Assembly (NCBI GenBank): GCA_963675595.2
Contig: CAXXLZ010000001.1
Coordinates: 672,001 to 736,000, forward strand
Source: Thermodesulfobacteriota bacterium
GTDB taxonomy: Bacteria > Desulfobacterota > Desulfarculia > JACQYL01
Length of the DNA: 64,000 nt
Reading direction: 5' to 3'
Position numbers and translations under genes: made by a program. The notes below the pieces were generated by a model. It was not told where the DNA came from. It did not search any database and worked only from the letters and a program-made list of their open reading frames with translations. Below are positions 9,940 through 19,655 of this stretch, in pieces; position 1 is the first letter of the stretch; the number at the start of each line of letters is the position of its first letter.

Positions 9940-10626
9940 ATGATTGTAGCGAAGCGGAAACCGCTGGAAGAGATCAAGGAAGACTTGAAGGCCTGTGGGG
10001 CCAAGAATCCTCTTATCGTGGGCTGCGGTACCTGTGTTGCCGTGTGTCTCACCGGCGGTGAAAAAGAGGTGGGGTTGCTGGCTTCCGAACTGGCCATCGC
10101 CTCCGAGTTGGAAGGTCAACTCATGAACATCGGAGAGATTACGGTCGAACGTCAGTGTGACCGGGAGTTTCTGGAAACGCTTCGGGACCGTGTGGAAGAA
10201 CACGATGTCGTGTTATCCCTGGCTTGCGGCGTGGGCATCCAATTCCTCTCCGACCAGTATCCCAACAAAGTGGTTCTTCCCGGAGTGGATACGATTTTCA
10301 TCGGGGCCAATGAAGAGGCCGGCATGTGGACCGAGCGATGCCGCATGTGCGGACAGTGTTATCTGGCTCTTACGGGGGGCATCTGTCCGATCACCATGTG
10401 CGCCAAAAGTCTGCTCAACGGACCTTGCGGAGGACCCGTAGGCGGCAAGTGCGAAGTGGACATGGAAAGACCTTGTGCCTGGGTTAGAATCTATGAACGA
10501 CTGAGGGACACCGGACGTCTTCACCTGCTGGAGGAAGTGGTCCCGCCCCGTGACTTCAGTGTTACGCGATATCCCCAGACCCTGATTCACAAAGCCTATA
10601 AGAAGAGGTATCAGGCCGAGAAATAG
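9940..10626 (+). CDS. metV: MetV (methylene-THF reductase small Fe-S/Zn subunit)
   Basis: MIVAKRKP, GCGTCVAVC.TGGEKEV, ERQCD, LACGVG, CRMCGQC, ICPITMCAKSLLNGPCGG, KCEV..CAW. Confidence 0.88.
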   Translation: MIVAKRKPLEEIKEDLKACGAKNPLIVGCGTCVAVCLTGGEKEVGLLASELAIASELEGQLMNIGEITVERQCDREFLETLRDRVEEHDVVLSLACGVGIQFLSDQYPNKVVLPGVDTIFIGANEEAGMWTERCRMCGQCYLALTGGICPITMCAKSLLNGPCGGPVGGKCEVDMERPCAWVRIYERLRDTGRLHLLEEVVPPRDFSVTRYPQTLIHKAYKKRYQAEK

Positions 10627-10662
10627 GCCCTACCGGCCATGGAAGTCCCATCTCATTCCAGA

Positions 10663-10692
10663 GGCCGGACTTGTCCGGCCCGGGCGTTTTTC
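10663..10692 (+). terminator. possible intrinsic terminator after metV
   Basis: GGCCGGAC-TT-GTCCGGCC inverted repeat followed after a few nt by TTTTT. Confidence 0.4.
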
Positions 10693-10785
10693 TCCATTGC
10701 CCATCCGTCGGGACTTCCGAGGGGAATAGTCTCGAAACGCCCATGGCGGTTTCTCCCATCCCGGTAAGATACCCAGGAGTGATAA

Positions 10786-12360
10786 ATGACTGTGGAATCG
10801 AAAACAGGACTTCTCCTGTGCAATTTCGGATCGGTTTCCTCCGTGCTCGATGTGGATCGGATCAGAAAGACGGCCGAGTCCGCCGGTCGATGGGCCGAAG
10901 TATTGGAGGGCGACCTGCCCCGTGGTGGGGACGGCTCCCCGACGGTGGAGTCTTTTCTCGATGAGCACGGGCTGGACGACGCGGTTCTCGTGGCCGCCTC
11001 CTTGAGTCCTTCGGGGGATCCCGCCGAAGCACTCAAGATCAAAGAGGCCATAGACGAAGAACGAGTCGAGGTCGTGGACCTTGCCGCATTTCTTTCCTGG
11101 GAGGACGCAGAGTGGGCCCGATTGCGGGCGGACTTGGCGGTCCGGAGCGCGGTGGTGAGACGGCTCAAAAAGGACGATCTTGAATTCCAGGAGATCGAAG
11201 TTTCCAACAGCGTCGTGATTTTGGGGAACAATCCTTGTGCCTCGGCCGCAGCGGCTGAAATCTCCTCCTTGGGGGGAACGGCGGTGGTGGTTTGCGAGGA
11301 CGCCGCGTTCGGCAAAGCGGAAGGAGACGAAAACATTGAGTTCCTGACTTCCGCACGGGTCATGGCGGTGGACGGCACTCCCGGTGCATTTCAGGTACGG
11401 GTGGCGGATTCCGCCGGGGCGGTCCGGACGGTGCAGGCCGGCGGGGTGATTCTCGCCGAAGATCGGGATGTGGAGACAATCGCGGAGCGGCTCGGTATTG
11501 CCGTGACGGAAGCCGGTTTTTATCGGATCGATCTCGATGGCAGACCTCCCATGAGTACCACTCGTTCCTTTATTTTGGCCGTGGGACCGGCTCGGGGAAA
11601 CACCGATACGGAAGAGGGCATTGAGGAAGCAGTGAACGCTGTGCGCAGCCTGTGGGAATATTTTGGAACCGGCCGTATTTCCGTGGCTGTGGATCGGGTT
11701 AAGCTGGACAAACGGAAATGCACGGTATGCCTCACCTGTTATCGGCTTTGTCCGCATCATGCGGTCCTCTTGCCGAGGCGTAAGCCGGTTTATTCGGACC
11801 TCGCCTGCCATCGATGCGGGATCTGCGCTTCGGAATGTCCTCAAGAGGCGCTGCAGCTTCACAACAACAACGACGCCCAGATCAAGTCGGTGCTTCAGGT
11901 CGCGGCCGGCGGTGTCACGCCCCCTTCCGGGGATTTTGTGCCGTCCATTGTGGCCTTTTGTTGCCGGGAATCATCCGTTAAGGCATACGTCCATGCCGTA
12001 TACGGGAAATTGGAGCTTCCGAAAGGACTCTTCGTTGTGGAAATGCCTTGCGTAGGCAAGGTGGACGACAATTACGTGCTTACGGCTTTCCGAGAGGGCG
12101 CCGACGGCGTCATGGTGTTGGGAAGCACACACGAAGGCTGCAAGTCCGACCCGGGAAGCCGGCTGGCCGAATCACGGATGGAAGCCCTGGCGGAAATCGT
12201 GAAGGACTCCGGTCTCGATCCGGATCGTCTCTTTTTTGCGGGAATGGATGCCGACGATACGGAGGCGTTCTCGCAGCTCGCTCTGGAATTCGAGGCATTA
12301 CTGAAAAACCTCGGTGAGAGCGGAGTGCGGAAATTCGTCAGGGAGAAGCGGGCGGCGTGA
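10786..12360 (+). CDS. degenerate HdrA-like + ferredoxin + MvhD-domain fusion (QmoB-like architecture)
   Basis: Eroded Rossmann region (VVILGNNP, VDGTPGAFQV); CTVCLTCYRLCP and CHRCGICASECP; C-terminal IVAFCC..MPCVGKVD..AFREGADGV..DRL. Confidence 0.75.
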   Translation: MTVESKTGLLLCNFGSVSSVLDVDRIRKTAESAGRWAEVLEGDLPRGGDGSPTVESFLDEHGLDDAVLVAASLSPSGDPAEALKIKEAIDEERVEVVDLAAFLSWEDAEWARLRADLAVRSAVVRRLKKDDLEFQEIEVSNSVVILGNNPCASAAAAEISSLGGTAVVVCEDAAFGKAEGDENIEFLTSARVMAVDGTPGAFQVRVADSAGAVRTVQAGGVILAEDRDVETIAERLGIAVTEAGFYRIDLDGRPPMSTTRSFILAVGPARGNTDTEEGIEEAVNAVRSLWEYFGTGRISVAVDRVKLDKRKCTVCLTCYRLCPHHAVLLPRRKPVYSDLACHRCGICASECPQEALQLHNNNDAQIKSVLQVAAGGVTPPSGDFVPSIVAFCCRESSVKAYVHAVYGKLELPKGLFVVEMPCVGKVDDNYVLTAFREGADGVMVLGSTHEGCKSDPGSRLAESRMEALAEIVKDSGLDPDRLFFAGMDADDTEAFSQLALEFEALLKNLGESGVRKFVREKRAA

Positions 12361-12863
12361 ATACCGAGTCAAACTTCGTCCTGATTCAAGAGGGTAACTC
12401 ACTTTCCGGTTTGTTGGTCTTGTTTCCATATTTGCCATGGGTGAAAACCTGCAACAGTTTTCACCCCAATCATCTCCTCGGCTGGTTCCCCTCGGTTGAA
12501 CACTTCGCCTCGTAACGCCGACCATCAATCCGTGAGAGGTTTCAGGGCGATGGATTCGTTGATTCCTCATTGGACGGCGGGGGGCTGCCCGCAGAATGAA
12601 GTTGCGGCCTTCTCCCTATACCGTGCAATGTTCCGCATTCAGTGAATGGAATTTGTTTCCAAGAGCGGTTGTTTCAATAGTGCGTCCGTCGCGTTATTGA
12701 AGTCTCATGCTGAGGGGGCGGGAGGCCCGACTCGGCCGGTGGAATGCCGGTTGCACTCGTGAATTCCACGTCCTTGGCCGGTACTCCAATTCCAGAAGAT
12801 CCATTTGATCCGAGCGGCTGCGTCCAGGAGAATTCTTCCGCCGCCTGCGTCCTGTATGGTGCC

Positions 12864-14141
12864 ATGAACAGAATACTGATCGTCGAGGATAATAACTTCC
12901 TTAAATCATTGATCGCCAAGGCCATCGGAAACAGGCTTGGCTTCGGCGTGGTGTGCGTGGGGACGCTGGGCGCGACCAAAGAGCTCCTGGAAGACGGAAA
13001 GGAACGTTTCTTCCTTGCCGTGTTGGACTTGAATTTGCCCGACGCTCCCCATGGAGAGATCGTTGACTACGTGATTTCCAGAGGTGTCCCCTCCATCGTA
13101 TTAACCGGGAACTTCAGGGACGACATTCGTGAAGACATCATGAGTAAAGGAGTGATCGATTACCTGCTCAAAGACGACGAAGCCGTAATCGACTACCTCA
13201 TCTCCCTGATCGGGAGAATCGAGCGGAACGAAGAAACCAAAGTCCTCGTGGTGGACGACTCCAATGTCATGCGCACCTACGTATCCAAGCTGCTGACGAC
13301 GCACAAGTACCATGTCCTGACCGCTGAGGACGGTGAGGCCGCCCTGAGGCTCCTTGATCGAAACCCCGACATCGGGTTGATCATTACCGACTACCAGATG
13401 CCCAACCTGGATGGGGTGTCCTTTGTCAGAGCGGTAAGGAAGCGTTTTAAAAAGGAGCATTTGCCCATTATCGGTATGTCCACCTATGGGAGTGGACCCA
13501 TGTCCGCAAGATTCCTGAAGAGCGGCGCCAATGATTTCATGAAGAAGCCGTTCCTGGAGGAGGAGTTCTACTGCAGGGTAGGGCAGAACGTGGAAATGGT
13601 TCGCCGCATCAACGAGATCGAGGAGCTTTCCAAAAGGGACTACCTCACCGGTCTTTACAATCGGAGATACCTTTTTGAGGCTGGTAACGCGCTGTTCGAT
13701 TCGTTCAGGAGAGGAGAAAACCGATTGACGGTGGGCCTGATCGACATAGATCATTTCAAGTCCATCAACGACACCTACGGCCACGACGTGGGGGATGAAG
13801 TCCTTAAGAGTATTGCGGTGACCCTAACGTCCCGCTTCAAAGGTTCGGACATCGTGGCGAGATACGGCGGAGAGGAATTCTGCATTCTCACCGCGAGTCT
13901 GTCGAAAAATCACGCAAAGATCAAATTTGAAGCCCTGATAAGGACCATCGCCGACCAAACACTCCGGGTGGCCGGTCATGACCTGCGCTATACGGCGACG
14001 GTGGGTCTTTGCGGTGAACTTCAGGAGTCGTTATACGCCATGATTTCCAGGGCGGACGAGAGACTCTATTCGGGCAAGTGCTCCGGCAGAAATAGGGTAA
14101 TTGTGGAGAACGGGCGTGAACCCGCGTCGGATCCCGCATAG
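12864..14141 (+). CDS. response-regulator diguanylate cyclase (REC-REC-GGDEF)
   Basis: ILIVED, VLVVDDS..ITDYQMP, DYLTGLYNRR, DIDHFKSINDTYGH, RYGGEEF. Confidence 0.93.
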   Translation: MNRILIVEDNNFLKSLIAKAIGNRLGFGVVCVGTLGATKELLEDGKERFFLAVLDLNLPDAPHGEIVDYVISRGVPSIVLTGNFRDDIREDIMSKGVIDYLLKDDEAVIDYLISLIGRIERNEETKVLVVDDSNVMRTYVSKLLTTHKYHVLTAEDGEAALRLLDRNPDIGLIITDYQMPNLDGVSFVRAVRKRFKKEHLPIIGMSTYGSGPMSARFLKSGANDFMKKPFLEEEFYCRVGQNVEMVRRINEIEELSKRDYLTGLYNRRYLFEAGNALFDSFRRGENRLTVGLIDIDHFKSINDTYGHDVGDEVLKSIAVTLTSRFKGSDIVARYGGEEFCILTASLSKNHAKIKFEALIRTIADQTLRVAGHDLRYTATVGLCGELQESLYAMISRADERLYSGKCSGRNRVIVENGREPASDPA

Positions 14142-14176
14142 GTCGGGCGGTTCACCTTACTGCGGGGCTGCCGTTA

Positions 14177-14659
14177 TCAGGTGATGACCATCCAAAGGAA
14201 CATTCCCAACATCGCAACGGCCGCGGCAATTCTGAACAGACTACCCGCAAGTAAGCCGAGGAATGCACCCCAACCGGACCTGACGCCCTCGCCCAAAGAA
14301 CGGCCCTCCAATATCTCTCCGAAAAGGGCTCCGGCGAAGGTTCCCACCACAAGGCCCGGTAGGCTGAAAAAAATGAGCCCCAGCAGCGCGCCGATGATGG
14401 ATCCCCATACGCCCCTCTTGGATGCACCAAACCTCTTCGCGCCGAGGCTTCCCGCATAGAAATCCAACACCTGAATCAAGATGGTGAACAGACCCAGCCA
14501 CAGCATTGTCTGTAATCCATATTCCCGCCAACCGGAAGCGAATCCGTAAATCAGATAACCCAGGTAGACCAGAGGAATTCCGGGAATCATCGGGAGCAGC
14601 GTTTCCAGCGTGCCGCCGATCATGAACAACAGTGCGACGGCAAGAAAGAAGTGTTCCAT
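14177..14659 (-). CDS. DUF456 family membrane protein
   Basis: LPMIPGIPL, LGAKRFGASKRGVWGSIIG, Gly-rich TM segments. Confidence 0.85.
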   Translation of the reverse strand: MEHFFLAVALLFMIGGTLETLLPMIPGIPLVYLGYLIYGFASGWREYGLQTMLWLGLFTILIQVLDFYAGSLGAKRFGASKRGVWGSIIGALLGLIFFSLPGLVVGTFAGALFGEILEGRSLGEGVRSGWGAFLGLLAGSLFRIAAAVAMLGMFLWMVIT

Positions 14660-14700
14660 ACGAGCCTCGATGTTTGTTGGTTGTCTGGAGGGAGATCAGT

Positions 14701-15111
14701 TCAAAGGCGCATGCCTCGACGGCGGATTTCTTCGAGGGCTTCGGAAAGGGGGGCGAAGACCGGTTCAGGCACTTCATCGGCATTCACCCATCGCCACTCC
14801 TCACATTTTTCCGGTTCCAGCAATTGGGGGGGGCCCTCCCCACTGTCTCCAGAGAAGAGCAGAGTGATGTAATGAATGTCCGGTCGACGAAAAACGGTGT
14901 GGGCAAAGACTAACGGTCGGAGAGGTCCCACCTGCAAACCGGTTTCCTCCAAGACTTCTCTGACGCCGCATTGGGCCGGTGTTTCGCCCGGTTCGAGACG
15001 GCCTCCGGGCAACGCCCAGGTGCCTCTTCCCAATGCACTCTTCCGCAGTCCCACAAGTATTTTGCCGTTGCGCTTAACGAACACACCGACGCCGACCAAA
15101 GGACCCTCCAA
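14701..15111 (-). CDS. NUDIX hydrolase
   Basis: Nudix box [32 protein letters not shown]; AAGGAGG RBS before TTG. Confidence 0.92.
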   Translation of the reverse strand: MEGPLVGVGVFVKRNGKILVGLRKSALGRGTWALPGGRLEPGETPAQCGVREVLEETGLQVGPLRPLVFAHTVFRRPDIHYITLLFSGDSGEGPPQLLEPEKCEEWRWVNADEVPEPVFAPLSEALEEIRRRGMRL

Positions 15112-15649
15112 AAGAACCTCCTTGTATGTTCTCGTTCTCGGTGGACCGACGCTTGGTTGGGCCCGTTGATGATCTATTCGCCGGAACGATCCGTCAGCTC
15201 CACTTTACCAGAAGGGAAGCCGTGATTCACGTCGGAAACCCCTTGGAGAGTCCCGCGAAGCGCCTTTGCGCGCAGGCATGCAGCCTCCCGGACGGTTTGC
15301 CGGCCTTTCTTGCCTTCAACATTCTTAACGAAACGCGTGGACGCCGGCGAAACCTTCCACCGCAGTGCATTCAAAGGCCGAGGCGCCGAAGTCGGCCGAC
15401 GCGCCCCATGGGAATGCACCTAAATCGTCTCTCTTCCACAGGGCGGCGGCTAAACCCCGCGGCGCTTTCGATTTCATTATAGTGTATGCCCATCGTGAGA
15501 TGACGAAGGAGAACCGTAACTCATTTCAGGCTCGTCGAAAGTGCGTGCCGAGGCTTTGAGGATTTTTTTCATAGGTGATTCCCTGAGAGCATGATTTCTT
15601 CGCGTACAGGGATTCCGGAATCATGCGGTTCCGGAGGAAAGGAAACGCC

Positions 15650-17110
15650 ATGAGAATTTCACGAACGATCATGTGCGCTTTGGTAGGAATCATGGTTGCC
15701 GCGCTGCTGCTGCCCGCAGGAACCAGAGCTCAGAATTCGGAGTCGGTCCCGGGGTTCACTCAAGAAGAGTTGGTGCAGATGCTTGCGCCCATTGCTTTGT
15801 ATCCGGACTCGTTGGTCGCCCGGATACTGATGGCATCCACGTATCCTTTAGAAGTCGTGGAGGCTGAGCGGTGGGTTCGCCTGCATCCGGACCTCAACGA
15901 TGACGCCCTGGACGAAGCTTTGCAGGAAATGAACTGGGATCCCAGCGTGAAATCGCTTTGTCATTTTCCGGACGTGCTTTTCGCCATGAGCGACAAGCTG
16001 GATCAGACGAGGAAGCTCGGGGATGCCTACCTGGTGCAGCAGGACGCAGTGATGGACGCCATTCAGCTATTGAGAAGGCGGGCGAGGGAGCAAGGGAACC
16101 TAAGGTCGAGCAGTGAGCTGAAGGTCGTCTACGATACCAGCTACATCAAGATTGAACCGGTGGATCCGCAAGTGGTGTATGTACCCGTGTATAATCCATT
16201 GTACGTTTACGGTCCCTGGTGGTATCCGGCTTATCCGCCTTGGCACTGGTATTATCCTCCTCATGTTGTCGTCACGGGCCCCCACATTGTGTTTGGTCCC
16301 AGAATCGTCATCGGATTGGGACTGTTCTCCTGGTGCTGGTTCGACTGGCCGACCCACCACATCTATGTGCATTACGATCGGTTACCCTATGTTCACGGAC
16401 ATTACGGCTCACCTCACCCCGGGAGACATTATTGGACGCATAATCCCATCCACAGACGGGGGGTGGCCTACAGAGACAGTAGGACTAGCGTCCGTTACGG
16501 CGGGCGAAGGCCGGAGCACTCGTCTTGGGACCGAGAGAAACGTGGATACCCTCCGGGAACCCATGAATCGAGAGTGAATGAGCCTCGGAGAGATGCAACG
16601 CAGGAACAAAGACGATCCGTCGATTCTCAACGAAACGCCCCATCGGACAAGGGACGCGGTGGTACGACTCGAGATTATTCCCCTGCGGGAACGAGCGTAT
16701 CGTCGAAACAGCGCAACCAAGAACGACAAAGGTCCATCGAACCGAGCCGGGATACGAGTTCGGGGAAAAGCCGCAGCGGTACGTCCCGGGACTCCTCTTC
16801 TACGAGAAAGGCCGTATCGTCGCATGGGGATCAAGTGGAAAGGACGAGGACGGTTACACCGACTTGGAGCGGCAGAGAGACGGACAGGAGCCGCTCCGGC
16901 ACGACTCGAGGGTCTTCGTCCTCCCGGGAGTCTTCTTTCAAAGGAATCGGCAACGGGTATTACGAACGCAAAGCCTCGGAGCGTGGGGCGCAAAGTCGAA
17001 GCGGCGGGTCGACATATGGAATCGGCAATACCGGCTCGCGCACAACCTCACCGGGAAACGGTTCGAACCAACGCGACATCGGTCGCGGAGGCGGGGGCCA
17101 TCGCCGGTAG
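15650..17110 (+). CDS. DUF3300 domain exported protein
   Basis: Signal peptide; LAPIALYPDSL..MASTYP, WDPSVKSL, VVYVPVYNP; R/S/G-rich tail. Confidence 0.88.
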   Translation: MRISRTIMCALVGIMVAALLLPAGTRAQNSESVPGFTQEELVQMLAPIALYPDSLVARILMASTYPLEVVEAERWVRLHPDLNDDALDEALQEMNWDPSVKSLCHFPDVLFAMSDKLDQTRKLGDAYLVQQDAVMDAIQLLRRRAREQGNLRSSSELKVVYDTSYIKIEPVDPQVVYVPVYNPLYVYGPWWYPAYPPWHWYYPPHVVVTGPHIVFGPRIVIGLGLFSWCWFDWPTHHIYVHYDRLPYVHGHYGSPHPGRHYWTHNPIHRRGVAYRDSRTSVRYGGRRPEHSSWDREKRGYPPGTHESRVNEPRRDATQEQRRSVDSQRNAPSDKGRGGTTRDYSPAGTSVSSKQRNQERQRSIEPSRDTSSGKSRSGTSRDSSSTRKAVSSHGDQVERTRTVTPTWSGRETDRSRSGTTRGSSSSRESSFKGIGNGYYERKASERGAQSRSGGSTYGIGNTGSRTTSPGNGSNQRDIGRGGGGHRR

Positions 17111-17163
17111 TGTCTCAAAAAGAGCGTTCGTCCTGAAAACGAAAAGTTATCGAGGGGTTTGCC

Positions 17164-18180
17164 ATGGAAAGTCCGGAGTGCCGCGGTGGTTACACAAGGG
17201 TACGGTTGGGTGTATGCGCAACACCCGCCGGAACGACGGGGAATCTGATATCTTTTTCGATCCTTGTCATCATCGGTGTCGCTTTTCTTGTTTTGGGAAA
17301 CCTTGCCGCAGCCTTGGCCGCGGAAGGGCCGTGCGGCGTTTTTTCGTCGCCGGATGAGGCGGTGAAATCGCTTGTCTACGCAGTTCGCAGCGAGAATCCG
17401 GCGGAGATCGCCGCCGTGTTGGGACCCGGGAGTGAAGAGCTGATTTCTTCCGGAGACGACGTTGCGGATCGGTCGGATCGTGAGAAGTTTCTCGGGGCAT
17501 ATGACGAAAAGCACGGCCTGCGGGAGGAATCTCCGGACAAAGCGATTCTTTATATCGGCGCCAAAGACTGGCCTATGCCCATTCCCATTGTGAAGAAGGG
17601 AACGGAATGGGTATTCGATGTATCGGAAGGGAAAGAAGAAATCCTGAACCGTAGAATAGGTCGAAACGAGTTGTATGTCATTGATGTGGTCCATGCCTAT
17701 GTGGACGCTCAGCACGAATATGCAAGCAGGGACCTCGCAGGTTCGGGGGCGGTGGAATTCGCCTCGAAACTGGCCGGCACGGAAGGGAAAAACGACGGTC
17801 TGTATTGGCCGGCGGAGGAAGGTGAACCACAAAGTCCACTAGGGCCGCTGGTGGCGCAGGCCGCTGAAGAGGGATACCCCGACGCCCGCCTATCGCCCTT
17901 TCATGGCTACTATTTTAAAATACTCAGAGAACAAGGACCGCATGCAGAGGGAGGAGCCTATAATTATGTGGTCAACGGCAGGATGATCCTCGGCTTTGCG
18001 CTGGTCGCCTATCCTGCCGAATACGGCAATTCCGGGGTCATGACGTTTACCGTAAACCAGGAGGGGGTCGTGTACCAAAAGGATTTGGGGGAAGAAACCC
18101 GGAAGGTGGCGGAAGCAATGAATGCTTTTGATCCCGACGAGAGTTGGAGCAGGGTTTCGGAAACGGGAACGCATGAATGA
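17164..18180 (+). CDS. DUF2950 family protein
   Basis: FSSPDEA, DWPMPIPIVK, EILNRRIGRNEL, DGLYW, PFHGYYFKIL, YPAEYGNSGVMTF; usual partner of DUF3300. Confidence 0.88.
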   Translation: MESPECRGGYTRVRLGVCATPAGTTGNLISFSILVIIGVAFLVLGNLAAALAAEGPCGVFSSPDEAVKSLVYAVRSENPAEIAAVLGPGSEELISSGDDVADRSDREKFLGAYDEKHGLREESPDKAILYIGAKDWPMPIPIVKKGTEWVFDVSEGKEEILNRRIGRNELYVIDVVHAYVDAQHEYASRDLAGSGAVEFASKLAGTEGKNDGLYWPAEEGEPQSPLGPLVAQAAEEGYPDARLSPFHGYYFKILREQGPHAEGGAYNYVVNGRMILGFALVAYPAEYGNSGVMTFTVNQEGVVYQKDLGEETRKVAEAMNAFDPDESWSRVSETGTHE

Positions 18181-18323
18181 TCGAGTTCGTCACGCGCATC
18201 GGTTTGGGAGTCTGGGTCGCGGCTGCGCGTTGAAGAGGATGATCCGCGGCCGGTTGTCAAGAGTCGTGTGCTCCGCGGCGGGAGACGGATATCCGATTTA
18301 GAGCGGGAATCTGTTCAATTGAT

Positions 18324-18352
18324 TTGACAACGGTCCCGACAAGCTGTAGAGT
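18324..18352 (+). promoter_or_regulatory. sigma70 promoter for the DEAD-box helicase
   Basis: TTGACA-17 nt-TAGAGT. Confidence 0.65.
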
Positions 18353-18394
18353 CAAAAAATTAATGGCGTTCCAGGTTGTATCTAAAAAGCACGT

Positions 18395-18423
18395 AAGCCC
18401 CGGAATAAGTCCGGGGCTTTTCT
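18395..18423 (+). terminator. terminator-like hairpin in the helicase leader
   Basis: AAGCCCCGGA-ATAAG-TCCGGGGCTT 10-bp stem ending in a T run, between promoter and start codon. Confidence 0.6.
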
Positions 18424-18449
18424 ATTGGAGCGCAGAAAGAAGGCACTGA

Positions 18450-19655
18450 TTGAGTTTTAAAGTATTTAATTTTAATCCCGCCGTCGAGGCGGGGGTTACG
18501 GGTGCGGGTTACAAGACCCCGACGCCGATTCAGGTCCAGGCTGTTCCGTACATCGCCGACGGCCGTGACGTGATGGGGCTTGCCCAAACCGGCACCGGCA
18601 AGACGGCGGCGTTCGTTTTACCCATACTGAATCGACTGGTAAGAAGTAAGTCGAGACATATCCGCGCCTTGATCATGGCGCCGACACGTGAACTGGCCGA
18701 ACAGATCCACCAGGCCATTGTCACTCTGGGCCGCAAAACGCGCATCAGAAGCGTCGCCGTTTATGGCGGCGTGGGAATCGATCTGCAGATCCGGAACTTG
18801 AGGCACGCCGACATCGTCGTTGCTTGTCCCGGCCGTCTTCTGGACCATATCGGACGTCGCAGCGTCAATCTTTCCCAACTGGAAGTCCTGGTTGTGGATG
18901 AAGCCGACCAGATGTTCGACATGGGATTTATTCCAGACATCAGGCGGATTCTGCAGCATATTCCTAATAAGCGCCAGACTTTGCTCTTTTCGGCCACCAT
19001 GCCCTCTGAAATCCGTCGTCTGGCCGAGGACCTATTGCATCACCCGGTTACCGTGCAAGTGGGGAACACGGCACCCGCCGATACCGTCAGCCACGCAATC
19101 TATCCCATAGCCGGACATTTGAAGACGGCCTTGCTTCTGAAACTGCTGCAGAACACCGATACCAAGTCGGTGCTGGTTTTTACTCGAACCAAGCACCGGG
19201 CCAAGAATCTGGGTAGGAGACTGATCGAGGAGGGATATCGTTCGGCGTCCCTGCAGGGGAGCCTTTCCCAGACGGGTCGACGGGCGGCGTTGGACGGGTT
19301 TCGTGACGGAAAATATCAGATTCTGGTGGCTACCGACATCGCGGCTCGCGGCATCGACGTTACCCGGATTTCCCATGTGATCAACTACGATGTACCTTCC
19401 ACTCCCGAGGCCTATATTCACCGCATCGGACGCACGGGCCGGGCGACATGCAACGGCGAAGCATTCACCTTTGCCACCGGAGAAGATAAGGACATGGTGC
19501 GCGCCATCAACCGAATCGTCGGTTCCAGCATCGAACAGCGCATCCTGTCGGATTTCAACTACGGATCAACGGCGCCTAAGCCGAGGAGCTTTACGAAATG
19601 GACGGGAAAAGGGCGAAACAAATCGTTTGAGCAGAGGTCGCCTCGTAATTCATAG
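18450..19655 (+). CDS. DEAD-box RNA helicase (RhlE-like)
   Basis: Q motif PTPIQ, AQTGTGKT, PTRELA, DEAD, SAT, ARGID, YIHRIGRTGR. Confidence 0.95.
   Translation: MSFKVFNFNPAVEAGVTGAGYKTPTPIQVQAVPYIADGRDVMGLAQTGTGKTAAFVLPILNRLVRSKSRHIRALIMAPTRELAEQIHQAIVTLGRKTRIRSVAVYGGVGIDLQIRNLRHADIVVACPGRLLDHIGRRSVNLSQLEVLVVDEADQMFDMGFIPDIRRILQHIPNKRQTLLFSATMPSEIRRLAEDLLHHPVTVQVGNTAPADTVSHAIYPIAGHLKTALLLKLLQNTDTKSVLVFTRTKHRAKNLGRRLIEEGYRSASLQGSLSQTGRRAALDGFRDGKYQILVATDIAARGIDVTRISHVINYDVPSTPEAYIHRIGRTGRATCNGEAFTFATGEDKDMVRAINRIVGSSIEQRILSDFNYGSTAPKPRSFTKWTGKGRNKSFEQRSPRNS

Noticed and set aside
15255-15305. Minus-strand GGCAAACC...CGCAAAG resembling a c-di-GMP-I riboswitch
   Set aside because: Spacing is too long and the P2 stem does not pair; an Rfam scan would settle it
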